Below, in pieces: positions 1 to 8,844 of a stretch of 25,368 nt of DNA. Numbering within the stretch: position 1 is the stretch's first letter; every line of letters begins with the position of its first letter. Location of the stretch: assembly GCA_011364925.1 (NCBI GenBank), contig RDOA01000029.1:1-25368 (forward strand), written 5' to 3'. The notes beneath the pieces were generated by a model. It worked only from the letters and a program-made list of their open reading frames with translations, was not told the origin of the DNA and made no database searches. The stretch is from Promethearchaeota archaeon (GTDB lineage Archaea > Asgardarchaeota > Lokiarchaeia > Sigyniarchaeales > SOKP01). The translations under genes and the position numbers were made by a program.

Positions 1-1061
1 AACACTTCAAAATTATGATTCACCCAACGAGAATACCCTTGATTACCGTATAATTCCATATATTCTGGTTCAGAGAACAATCTCTTAATATAACCCTTTG
101 ATGTAACTCTATATTTTTTATCTATAGCTTTAACAACCTCTCTTATTGAACCTTTTTCTATAGACAACTCTTTTAAATACTCTGCAAATTCAATGGAATA
201 ATTTAAATATTTAAATTCAAAAGATTCTTCTATTTCAGTATTTATTAAGGATTTGTTTATTTCTAGTTTTAGGCTCTTGCAGAAATCTTTTAAGAATCTT
301 AAGTTTTGAACAGAAAATTTGAATTCTTCAGTTGGATACTTCAGTTGATGTTCTTTAATTAATTTATTAAACATTGTAGGATTTTTAAGCAAAATTATTA
401 GTATTCCTATAAATTCTCTTCGATTTTCGTCTTTCCATTTTTCTGGAATGACTATTTTAAGGAAATTCTTAACCTCTTCTTTTTGTAGTATTAATGTGGA
501 ATAGGATCTCGTAACTTTTCCAGTTTTCTTATTTTTCCGATAGTATGGACCATAAAAATTAGAAACAATACCAATTTTATCACATAGCTTACAAAATCCT
601 TCTACTAAATTTATGGAACTGTTTGAAAAGGATAAATATATACTCTTTCTTGATTTATTCAAATAAATAGAACCATCAGTGTCAAATAAACCTTTCAAGC
701 ATCTAATGCTAATTTCCTCTGAGGAAAAAATGCAAATCGGCACTCCAACTTGATTCTTGACCTTGTTTCCCGATTTAAGCCCTAGTTTTAATAATTGTCT
801 AACAATTTCTTCTCCATAAACAATTAGTGCTACTCCTTTAGCATCATCCTTAGCTGAGGGTTTATCTCTTTCCCAGTGTTCAGCAGGTTGTTTGTTAAAA
901 ATCTTAATAATAAGGTCTATAACATAAATCAGGTAAATTTCTTCGTCTACACCATTTAGAGTTACTGAAAATAAATAACGGTGTTTAACTTTATCATAAA
1001 AAATACCACCATCCCCTAATAGGATACCTATTAATTCTGATAAATCTCCCGATAGAATCAT
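1..1061 (-). CDS. Free-standing two-motif LAGLIDADG endonuclease-domain protein with a long C-terminal extension (partial, runs off the window start)
   Basis: Hand translation from the ATG at 1061 (in-frame TGA just upstream) is open for 353 codons to the window edge. It starts MILSGDLSELIGILLGDGGIF (motif 1) and has VGVPICIFSSEEISIRCLKGLFDTDGSIY (motif 2). It is absent from the ORF track, probably because no stop codon lies in the window. Confidence 0.88.
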   Translation of the reverse strand, partial: MILSGDLSELIGILLGDGGIFYDKVKHRYLFSVTLNGVDEEIYLIYVIDLIIKIFNKQPAEHWERDKPSAKDDAKGVALIVYGEEIVRQLLKLGLKSGNKVKNQVGVPICIFSSEEISIRCLKGLFDTDGSIYLNKSRKSIYLSFSNSSINLVEGFCKLCDKIGIVSNFYGPYYRKNKKTGKVTRSYSTLILQKEEVKNFLKIVIPEKWKDENRREFIGILIILLKNPTMFNKLIKEHQLKYPTEEFKFSVQNLRFLKDFCKSLKLEINKSLINTEIEESFEFKYLNYSIEFAEYLKELSIEKGSIREVVKAIDKKYRVTSKGYIKRLFSEPEYMELYGNQGYSRWVNHNFEV

Positions 1062-1175
1062 TAGAATTCTATTTAGACTGGATCAAATCTATTGATATTT
1101 TAAAATATATTCAAGATTGTCTATTAAAATAGAACTATAAATGAGTTAGACTTCTAAATTTAGCTAAATTGAAAT

Positions 1176-1185
1176 AAAAAAAAAA
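1176..1185 (-). terminator. Oligo-T tract, probable archaeal terminator of the thiolase operon
   Basis: A10 run on + (T10 on -) about 12 nt downstream of the thiolase stop codon. Confidence 0.55.
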
Positions 1186-1196
1186 GAAGAAATATT

Positions 1197-2384
1197 TTAT
1201 TCTCGTAGTCCTAATATGGTCGTCGAGCAAACGCTAAACGCACCACCAAGGTTATGGGCTAACCCAATCTTTGCATCGGGAACTTGCCTTCCTTCAGCAC
1301 GTCCTTGTACTTGCTTAGTTATCTCTGTTAACATTCTGCAACCTGTACTTCCAATCGGATGTCCAAAACTTTTTAAACCTCCTGATGGATTAACGGCTGT
1401 TTCTCCATCCCAATTGAATGTACCGTTCTTGAGTTCCTCAGCAGCTTGTCCTCTATCACAGAATTGTAAATCTTGGCAATTTATTAATTCTGTAATAGTG
1501 AAACAATCATGTACCTCCGCAGCATCAATTTCTTTTCTTGGATTGGTGATTCCCGCTTCTTTATAGGCGTATTCTGCGGCTTTAATTGTTGAAGGAAACG
1601 CAGTAAAATCCGCACCTGGACCATTGGCTGGGACATACCAAGGAAAATTGGTACGAGCTGAGATCGCGTTAGCTTTCACCATCACATAATCGTTCGCGTG
1701 AGCGTAAGATTCTGCGAGTTCTGGTCTTGTAAGAATCAGAGCAGCAGCACCATCCGACATTGCACAACAGTCGAATCGACCAAGGGGATCAGCAATCATG
1801 GGTGCCTTCATTGCCTGTTCGATTGTAATTCGGCTTCTAAAGTGAGCTTTAGGATGTTCAGCTCCGTTATCGTGGTTTTTAACCGCAACACGAGCAAGAT
1901 CTTCCTTAGTCCAGCCAAATTCATGGAAACATCTCGTAGCTGCCATTGAAAACATTGCAGGTGCGGAAGGCGTTGGGTATAATGGATGTCCAAATTGTCT
2001 AAATCCTGGTAAACCACTCCCACCCTCGTCCATCAGTTTCTCGACTCCACATGCGAGGACAATGTCATATGCTCCCGAAGCAATAGCAAAAGAAGCGTTG
2101 CGGAACGCGTCCATGCCCGAAGCACAATAATTTTCCACACGAGTAGCAGGTTTACCGTCCAATTTTAGCATATCTTCAACCATAGCCCCTGAAAGACCTG
2201 TAAAGTAGTAGAAAATGCCAATCCAACTTGCATCGATTTCATCCTTGGTTATGCCTGCGTCTTTTATAGCGCTTTGGAACGCTTCGAAAAGCAGATCGTG
2301 TTGAGATTTATCCCATCGCTCCCCATATTTCGTCATATCGCAGCCAATAATGGCTACTTTATCCTTAATACCGTGTCTTACCAT
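1197..2384 (-). CDS. Acetyl-CoA C-acyltransferase, SCP-x/PhlC-type thiolase
   Basis: Catalytic Cys in RVENYCASG, plus GVEK, DGAAA, EVHDCFT, NPSGGLKSFGHPIG and C-terminal HNLGG. SD AGGAGG upstream. Confidence 0.93.
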   Translation of the reverse strand: MVRHGIKDKVAIIGCDMTKYGERWDKSQHDLLFEAFQSAIKDAGITKDEIDASWIGIFYYFTGLSGAMVEDMLKLDGKPATRVENYCASGMDAFRNASFAIASGAYDIVLACGVEKLMDEGGSGLPGFRQFGHPLYPTPSAPAMFSMAATRCFHEFGWTKEDLARVAVKNHDNGAEHPKAHFRSRITIEQAMKAPMIADPLGRFDCCAMSDGAAALILTRPELAESYAHANDYVMVKANAISARTNFPWYVPANGPGADFTAFPSTIKAAEYAYKEAGITNPRKEIDAAEVHDCFTITELINCQDLQFCDRGQAAEELKNGTFNWDGETAVNPSGGLKSFGHPIGSTGCRMLTEITKQVQGRAEGRQVPDAKIGLAHNLGGAFSVCSTTILGLRE

Positions 2385-2393
2385 TTTTTATTA

Positions 2394-2400
2394 ACCTCCT
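2394..2400 (-). promoter_or_regulatory. Shine-Dalgarno for the thiolase
   Basis: AGGAGGT on the - strand about 10 nt before the ATG, directly after the upstream gene's stop codon. Confidence 0.7.
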
Positions 2401-3846
2401 TTATGGTCTCCCCCTCACGGGTCGACATTTCCAATAATAATTTTTAAATTCACCACCTTCATGGTATTTCCTGAAGGTTAGCTCGACTTTCATCCCAATC
2501 TCTACATTTTTTTCTGGGTTTTCGATTTCAGTCATGTCAACTAGCACTCTACCGCCACCCTCTAGATCTATCACGCATCGAGGGACCGGCGTATTGAGAT
2601 ATGCTCCCCCAACTAAGTGATCGAGTGTAAAAGTAAAGAGTTCTCCTTTGTATGCGAGTTTCACGTCTTCGAATTGATCATCAGCCCTACAGACAGAACA
2701 AGAACGCGAGAGTTTAGGATATTGCACCGAGCCGCAATTCTTACACTTTATTCCGTACCATTGGTACACTGAAGGAGTGTCGCGCCAGATTAACACAGCT
2801 GAGCTTTTGCGCGTGTATCTATCCTTATCTAATAACTCCTTAAACTCAATAAATTTATTGTAATTTTTCAAGAGGGTCATTGATTTTTGGTGGCCTAGAA
2901 ATCCCATCCTCCCTTTACCAATAGCTTTAACGCCATCTTTATCTCGAACCTGCATTAGAATTGCGTCTGCACCGTCTCCAAAACCAGCCATGATAATCTT
3001 AGCTTCAGGTTTAGGTCTTCGCAAACTGGCAATGAGAAGCATGAAGGGCATTGGTGTTCCCGTGTCACCTACTTGGAAGAATAAGCTATCTTGGGCGACT
3101 CCCTGGCCAAATTTCATCATCTTAGAGATTCTACTGTGCGCTCTGGGGTTATTGTAATAGTAGGCAGCAATATCAATGTCCTCGGAGGGATTTAGCTTAT
3201 TTCGTTTTAAGACTTCAGACATTGCTTTTGTAACGCTTTGTACGTAAAACATTCCGTCTGTTTTAACTTCAAAAGTCCTAACAAATTCGTCCTTGTCAGC
3301 TCTTTTCCAAGGTCCGGTTACATTTGCAGAGACAGAGTAATAATCATCAATCGAAATTGGGATATTTTCTTCATCCGCAACGAGTAACGCTGCGGCACCG
3401 TCTGCAAACCCGAATTCCCACATAGTCGATGGCTCTGGTTTTCTCGTATCGGCAGCAACTACCAAGATACTATTAACATCTTTATTAGATTTAATCGTGT
3501 CGACAGCTCTAGCTAATGCAGTTGTACCTGCTTTAGTAGAGTCCGTGAAATCAGCTGTAACAATGTCATCTCTCATATCGAGTACCGTAGCGATTAACGA
3601 CGCTGAGTCTTTTTCGGTATACACTTGCGTTGTCGATGCAAAGAAGACTCCATCGACAGTTTTAGGGTCAATTCCCGATAAACAATCAAGTCCTGCTTCT
3701 ACGGACATGGTCAAGCTATCCTCATCTTCCATTGCTACTGCTTTAGTCCCAGGAACTAAGGGGAAATCCCACGCTTTAGAGATATCTTCTCTGGGAAGCA
3801 TGTATTTAGGTAGATAAGCACCATAACTTTTAATACCAACCGGCAT
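2401..3846 (-). CDS. HMG-CoA synthase/KAS-III-like domain (catalytic residues missing) fused to a C-terminal DUF35 Zn-ribbon/OB-fold acyl-CoA-binding domain
   Basis: The N-terminus (MPVGIKSYGAYLP, DEDSLTMSVEA, DGAAA) is HMGCS-like. The C-terminus (CKNCGSVQYP...CSVC, GELFTFT, IGMKVELTFRK, YYWKCRP) is DUF35. SD GAGGT upstream. Confidence 0.88.
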   Translation of the reverse strand: MPVGIKSYGAYLPKYMLPREDISKAWDFPLVPGTKAVAMEDEDSLTMSVEAGLDCLSGIDPKTVDGVFFASTTQVYTEKDSASLIATVLDMRDDIVTADFTDSTKAGTTALARAVDTIKSNKDVNSILVVAADTRKPEPSTMWEFGFADGAAALLVADEENIPISIDDYYSVSANVTGPWKRADKDEFVRTFEVKTDGMFYVQSVTKAMSEVLKRNKLNPSEDIDIAAYYYNNPRAHSRISKMMKFGQGVAQDSLFFQVGDTGTPMPFMLLIASLRRPKPEAKIIMAGFGDGADAILMQVRDKDGVKAIGKGRMGFLGHQKSMTLLKNYNKFIEFKELLDKDRYTRKSSAVLIWRDTPSVYQWYGIKCKNCGSVQYPKLSRSCSVCRADDQFEDVKLAYKGELFTFTLDHLVGGAYLNTPVPRCVIDLEGGGRVLVDMTEIENPEKNVEIGMKVELTFRKYHEGGEFKNYYWKCRPVRGRP

Positions 3847-4122
3847 TTTTATTTTTTACCTCAAGTCTTGTATATTTTTGTTGTTTAGAAATAAGTAATT
3901 AGTTATATGATTCTCAATTTTTGAGATTAAATATATTTTGGTTTTTAACAACCAGCCATCTTCGATAATCAGAATCAAATTTTTTTACGAGAGTGATTAT
4001 TATTAGATTAAATTAGATCATACCACAACCTTAATATATATGAGTCTATATATAGATACTAAACAAATGTTAGCGGGATATAATGCTAAAATATCCTAGT
4101 ATATCAAGAGCGAGAGATAATT

Positions 4123-4791
4123 ATGAGAGTTAGGTCTAATAAAATCCTATTTATAATTTTAACTGTTAGTTCGATTTTAGGTTTGATCGCATTATTTCCT
4201 TTGCTTAATAATCTCGATGATCTATTTAACTTTAATGGAGAAGTAAAGCAAACTGTTGAAGGAGATGTAGATGCTGAGGTTGCTTTTAAGATCAATTTTG
4301 AAGGAGGATTTTGGATGAAGATCGAAGGAATACACATTACTATGAAGGTTAAATACATATATAATGAAAGCGTAGAATCTATAGATATTAATTCGCTTCA
4401 TTTTGATGTTTATCATAATTCCGGAAAAATAACATCATTTACTTCGGGTGGATATGTAAATTTCCAGCTTTATCACAGCGTTGATCTAAGATATAGAGAT
4501 AATATTACTTTTATAGGAAATATTAATTTAAACTATACTATAGCTAGTATTGAGTTTAACGAGGTTCTACATTTTAATATGGTCTACACTCATAATATTG
4601 GAGATCCAGAAGCTCAAGGTTATTTATTTACAAGGGTTCTCTTACATATCCTATATTACGCAAGCTTCGTACTAGTACCGCTTATTTTGTATTTTATTAT
4701 TCATCCAGATTTTGGTACACTAGAGAAAAAAGAAGAAGAAAAAGTAGGAGATTACTATGATTTTCTTAAGAAAGAACGCGAAAAGGATTAA
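4123..4791 (+). CDS. Hypothetical membrane protein (N- and C-terminal TM helices around a beta-rich domain)
   Basis: Hydrophobic ILFIILTVSSILGLIALFPLL and LLHILYYASFVLVPLILYFII, with a charged tail. The ORF fills the gap between neighbours. Confidence 0.75.
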   Translation: MRVRSNKILFIILTVSSILGLIALFPLLNNLDDLFNFNGEVKQTVEGDVDAEVAFKINFEGGFWMKIEGIHITMKVKYIYNESVESIDINSLHFDVYHNSGKITSFTSGGYVNFQLYHSVDLRYRDNITFIGNINLNYTIASIEFNEVLHFNMVYTHNIGDPEAQGYLFTRVLLHILYYASFVLVPLILYFIIHPDFGTLEKKEEEKVGDYYDFLKKEREKD

Positions 4792-4816
4792 AATGAAGTT
4801 TTAAAAAATTAAAGTT

Positions 4817-5302
4817 TTATTCTGCATCAAATTTTTTTTCTAACACGGTAATGATCGGTTTGAATCCAACCTTTCCAAAAATATCTATTAATTTTTGTTC
4901 ACCGATGTAAGCCATATTTATTCTAACTGCTTCGCAACCCCAAGATTTCAATATTTGTATGGCTCTATCTGCGAGAATTTTACCTACACCTTTACCGATA
5001 AATTCTTTTTCAGTCGCCCAGTTATTTAGATAACCGATGTATTGTCCTAAGTTGGTTTTTACTGCTTCAAGCATTCCCATAGAAACCACTTGCCCAGTTT
5101 TTTTGAGCTCTGCGATTAACGTTATTCTCTTCAAGTTAGGCTTAAATTGCCTTAATCCTGAAGTTTCTCTCCATTTTGATTCTACAAATCCTATATTATA
5201 TTGTTCTTGGAGTTCTCTTAGTATTTTTAAAGTAGCTTTATAGTCTGAAGTTCTGTAATTTCTAATTATAATTTCTTCTTCTTTTAACAATTCTTCTGCC
5301 AT
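4817..5302 (-). CDS. GNAT family N-acetyltransferase
   Basis: IIIRNYRTSD start and acetyl-CoA motif A EFIGKGVGKIL; C-terminal IFGKVGF. Confidence 0.82.
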   Translation of the reverse strand: MAEELLKEEEIIIRNYRTSDYKATLKILRELQEQYNIGFVESKWRETSGLRQFKPNLKRITLIAELKKTGQVVSMGMLEAVKTNLGQYIGYLNNWATEKEFIGKGVGKILADRAIQILKSWGCEAVRINMAYIGEQKLIDIFGKVGFKPIITVLEKKFDAE

Positions 5303-5322
5303 TTATCACGCACCATCCATTA

Positions 5323-6354
5323 TTATGTTTTTTCAAGAAGTTTTAAATCAATTCTTTTTGATAATAATTTTTCGTTTGATACTTCATCAATAATAAAGAA
5401 AAGATAATCGTCAACATATGGAATAATTGGGGAGATGAACACCAATTCTTCTTGCGCTTCCCAGGAATCAATTGTTTCAATCATTACTTCTTTCTCAAAA
5501 TACTCTTTAAGGTGATTAATTTTTACAATTGTCCCTTTTATTGCGTGAAGCGAATTATTTTGGACTAAAATCTCTAGTTCTTGGCTATCTTCAATGATAT
5601 TAATTTTAAGGATAATAAACGGTTTTTTGTCTACGAAATTGACTTCTCCTTGTATATTTGGATCAAACAATTGAATGTTTGAAAAGGTACCGTTATATTC
5701 TTTACCATCTAAGTGAGATACATCGATCCCTTTAAACGCCAAATAAGCAATGGCTTTTTGCATTCTTATTGAAGTAGCGTCAGAATTTTTAATTACATCT
5801 GAGAAAAACTTGTTAGTGGTCACTTCGATCTCTGTTCTGAGTTCTTTCTTAAAGGAGTCACCCTTTTCTATACGCGTTTTCACTGTAGGAGATTTAATAA
5901 CCTCTTCTTTTAAAATCTCAGAATCGATAATTTCAAATAACTTACTTTCGTACTTGTCGCGGATGTTTTGAGTTAATAATCTAATCAGTCCGTCCCCAAA
6001 TAGCTCAATATTGTCGGGGAGCGATAATATCACTACAATCGTTTCGGGAGTTTCTACTTCGAGTCCAGCTCTTCTTTTTTCCCGTTTTGAACGTGTTAAA
6101 AATTTCTTACCAAAAAAGGTATATCCTTTAAATTCTAAATCTATGTGGTCTAATGCGTCAGATTCGTCTAAACTTAAGAACCAAATGGGATGATACTTAA
6201 TCGGACGCATAAATGTTTTATTATTTCTATAATTATCATCTGGGTAAATCAATAAAGGCATGTGGCCTTGAGCTTCGTCAAAATACATCACATAAACGAT
6301 AGCTAGGTCTTCGAAAGGATTTTTTTTTGAAGTTGAATCAAATAATTCAGCCAA
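5323..6354 (-). CDS. Hypothetical protein with N-terminal longin/uDENN-like domain and C-terminal Ig-like beta-sandwich
   Basis: IVYVMYFDEAQGHMPLLIYP resembles the first beta-hairpin of uDENN/longin domains. C-terminal LEILVQNNS...VKI...IDSWEAQEELVF has an Ig/CARDB-like pattern. TTG start. Confidence 0.6.
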   Translation of the reverse strand: MAELFDSTSKKNPFEDLAIVYVMYFDEAQGHMPLLIYPDDNYRNNKTFMRPIKYHPIWFLSLDESDALDHIDLEFKGYTFFGKKFLTRSKREKRRAGLEVETPETIVVILSLPDNIELFGDGLIRLLTQNIRDKYESKLFEIIDSEILKEEVIKSPTVKTRIEKGDSFKKELRTEIEVTTNKFFSDVIKNSDATSIRMQKAIAYLAFKGIDVSHLDGKEYNGTFSNIQLFDPNIQGEVNFVDKKPFIILKINIIEDSQELEILVQNNSLHAIKGTIVKINHLKEYFEKEVMIETIDSWEAQEELVFISPIIPYVDDYLFFIIDEVSNEKLLSKRIDLKLLEKT

Positions 6355-6472
6355 GAACTTACCCTTTTATTCGGTATTTTTGGTATATACAATAAGAAAA
6401 AAGAATTCTTATTCTAAAAGTTTAATTAAAAATTATATATTATGAATTATAACATTTTTGAAGTGAGCATTT

Positions 6473-7564
6473 ATGAAAATAACTGACATTAAGACATATG
6501 TGTTAAAAATGGATTTTAAAGTTAAGATTGGAAGCATGCCAAGACTACAGGCTAGCGGTCTTTATACCAATCTTAAAACAGATGAGGGGATTGATGGTTG
6601 GGCTTTAACCCATTGGAATTTAAGCAACATGGCTCAGAAACAGTTTATCGACGAAGCTCTAAAACGATTAGTTTTAAATAAGGATCCGTTTATGGTTGAG
6701 GAAATATTCCACGAGATATATCAAAACACAAATAGTATTATGTTTGGGATACCTCAAGCTACTTCTGCGATAGAAATAGCGTGTTGGGATATTATAGGAA
6801 AAGTTACTAAGCAACCGATATATAAATTGCTTGGTGGCAGAAAAAGAGAAGTAAATTGCTATGCTTCCATCCTACGAGCGTATAAACCACAACCAGCAGT
6901 AAAGACCGTTGAAAACGCTTTGAATCCAGAATTGGGAGGTTTTAAAGCGGTAAAATTACGAATCGGAATGGGAGTTAACGAAGATGAGGCTGTTTTGAAG
7001 GAAGTGAGAGACACATTTCCCGACATAGATATCATGGTAGATGCCAATTCAGCATATCACACGGTAAACGACGCATTCAAAGTTGCAAAAATTTGTGATA
7101 AATACGATGTTACTTGGTTAGAGGAACCGATTCCTACAGATAACCTTAATGGTCTAGCGAAATTAAGAGCAAAATCTCCGGTTCAGATTGCGGGAGGTGA
7201 AAATGATATGGGAATATTTCGGTTCGAAGACATTCTTTCCAGAGAAAGCTTTGATGTTATTCAACCAGATGCTACGCGCGTAGGAGGCTTTTTACAATCA
7301 AAGAAGATCGACGCTATGGCTGAAGTGAAAGGTGTTCAATGCATACCCCATATATTTGGATTTGGACATATTTTAGCAACAGCTTTACATATTATCATGT
7401 CAACACGATGTGAATGGTGCGAGTTTCCCTTTTTCCCTGAAGAGTTTCAAATGCTTGAAGAACCAATAAGAGCAAAAAAAGGGAAAGTTCAAGCGTTGGA
7501 AAAGCCAGGATTAGGAGTAGAGATCAACAAAGAAATGTTTGAAAAAAATGTTTTAAAAATTTAA
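6473..7564 (+). CDS. Mandelate racemase/muconate-lactonizing enzyme family protein (enolase superfamily), probably an acid-sugar dehydratase or cycloisomerase
   Basis: MKITDI, AIEIACWDIIGK...PIYKLLGG, metal ligands MVDAN/WLEEP/GGEN, VIQPD, IPH, and KPGLG. Catalytic strand reads KLR. Confidence 0.92.
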   Translation: MKITDIKTYVLKMDFKVKIGSMPRLQASGLYTNLKTDEGIDGWALTHWNLSNMAQKQFIDEALKRLVLNKDPFMVEEIFHEIYQNTNSIMFGIPQATSAIEIACWDIIGKVTKQPIYKLLGGRKREVNCYASILRAYKPQPAVKTVENALNPELGGFKAVKLRIGMGVNEDEAVLKEVRDTFPDIDIMVDANSAYHTVNDAFKVAKICDKYDVTWLEEPIPTDNLNGLAKLRAKSPVQIAGGENDMGIFRFEDILSRESFDVIQPDATRVGGFLQSKKIDAMAEVKGVQCIPHIFGFGHILATALHIIMSTRCEWCEFPFFPEEFQMLEEPIRAKKGKVQALEKPGLGVEINKEMFEKNVLKI

Positions 7565-7698
7565 ATATAGAATTTCAAATTTTATTATTTTTAAATCTCT
7601 TTTTGAAAAATTCAAAATTAAAAGGTTCATCTATATTTTTTAGTAGAGAATATAACTAAGATTTTATTATATAATTAAAAGAATAATTAAGTGAGAAT

Positions 7699-8844
7699 AT
7701 GAGACCTATCACAGGAGAGAAATTCGAATCGATTTTAAAATTTTTAGAAGAAAAGAAAATCGATGTTTTGATGATAGCTGATTACGAGAACAGTAGAAAT
7801 GTGAATATGCAATATCTTTCTGGTCATCCAACCGATGCAACAGTGCTAATTAACTCAAGTGGAGAAACGATCTTAATGCCATGGGACATTTCATTAGCTG
7901 AAAAGTATTCTGAAGTTGACGAAATTATAAACGCAGCAAATTTTAGTTACAATCCATTTTTGGCATTAAAGGATTTATATGAAAATCGATGGAAGAAATC
8001 GTCATATACGGTGGGAATCCATTCAATAACTCCTTATGGCTTTACTGTAAAATTAAAAGCGCTTATTCCAAGTATATCGTATTTTGGTAATTCTATAGAA
8101 GTAGACAATTTTTTACAAGAATTACGTGCGACGAAGAGCGATTTTGAGATTAAAAAGTTAATACAAGCTGCAGAAATTGGTAATAACACGATTACCGACA
8201 TAAAAGATTTTTGTTTGAATACGCCCGATGACACAGAGAAAGACTTATCGTTCATAATACGAAAGCAAATGGCTAAGTACGGAGCGGATGACGTCTCGTT
8301 TGAGCCGCTTGTCGCCAATTCTGCCCGCGCACACGAAATACATCAATATCCGTATGCGAGCGATCAAAAATTTTGTTTACCGGGATTAGCTTTAATTGAT
8401 TTTGGAGCTAAGTATCAGGGATATTGTAGCGACATTACTGTTTCAATTAGTTTTGGGGATTTATCGGACGATCAAATTAAAATGCGTGAAGTTACGCTCA
8501 AAGCCTATGAGGCTGCAATTGAAATGATTGATATAGGCGTACCATTATGGAAAGTTCACGATACGGCAGAACAAGTACTTAAAGATGGAGGATTTCAAAT
8601 GCCCTATTCTCTAGGTCATGGATTGGGATTGAGCGTTCACGATTCCCCTATAATCTCCCGCAAACCAACAGATGAATACACAAAAAAGTTTTGGAAGGAA
8701 GAAACATTTCAAGACGGAATGGTTTTTACCATAGAACCGGGAACTATTAAGCCGGGATTGGGAGGACAACGCATCGAAAACGATGTCGCAATTCAAAATG
8801 GAAAAGTTGAAATTATTACTAAATCAGAACTTTTATCATTTTAA
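7699..8844 (+). CDS. M24B Xaa-Pro aminopeptidase/prolidase
   Basis: Metal ligands in IDFGAKYQGYCSDIT, GHGLGLSVHD, FTIEPG and RIEND; creatinase-like N-domain. Confidence 0.92.
   Translation: MRPITGEKFESILKFLEEKKIDVLMIADYENSRNVNMQYLSGHPTDATVLINSSGETILMPWDISLAEKYSEVDEIINAANFSYNPFLALKDLYENRWKKSSYTVGIHSITPYGFTVKLKALIPSISYFGNSIEVDNFLQELRATKSDFEIKKLIQAAEIGNNTITDIKDFCLNTPDDTEKDLSFIIRKQMAKYGADDVSFEPLVANSARAHEIHQYPYASDQKFCLPGLALIDFGAKYQGYCSDITVSISFGDLSDDQIKMREVTLKAYEAAIEMIDIGVPLWKVHDTAEQVLKDGGFQMPYSLGHGLGLSVHDSPIISRKPTDEYTKKFWKEETFQDGMVFTIEPGTIKPGLGGQRIENDVAIQNGKVEIITKSELLSF

Noticed and set aside
1-1061. LAGLIDADG as part of an intein
   Set aside because: An in-frame stop lies just upstream, and there is no N-terminal Hint domain or host extein.
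2401-3846. Functional HMG-CoA synthase of the mevalonate pathway
   Set aside because: The catalytic Glu, Cys and His positions appear substituted.
6473-7564. Enolase-superfamily enzyme as a sulfogluconate or sulfolactate dehydratase of the SQ pathway
   Set aside because: It lies 13 kb away, the known enzymes for those steps belong to other families, and there is no supporting motif.
8599-8643. M24 peptidase inactive because HxxGH reads YSLGH
   Set aside because: The changed His is not one of the five metal ligands, all of which are present.
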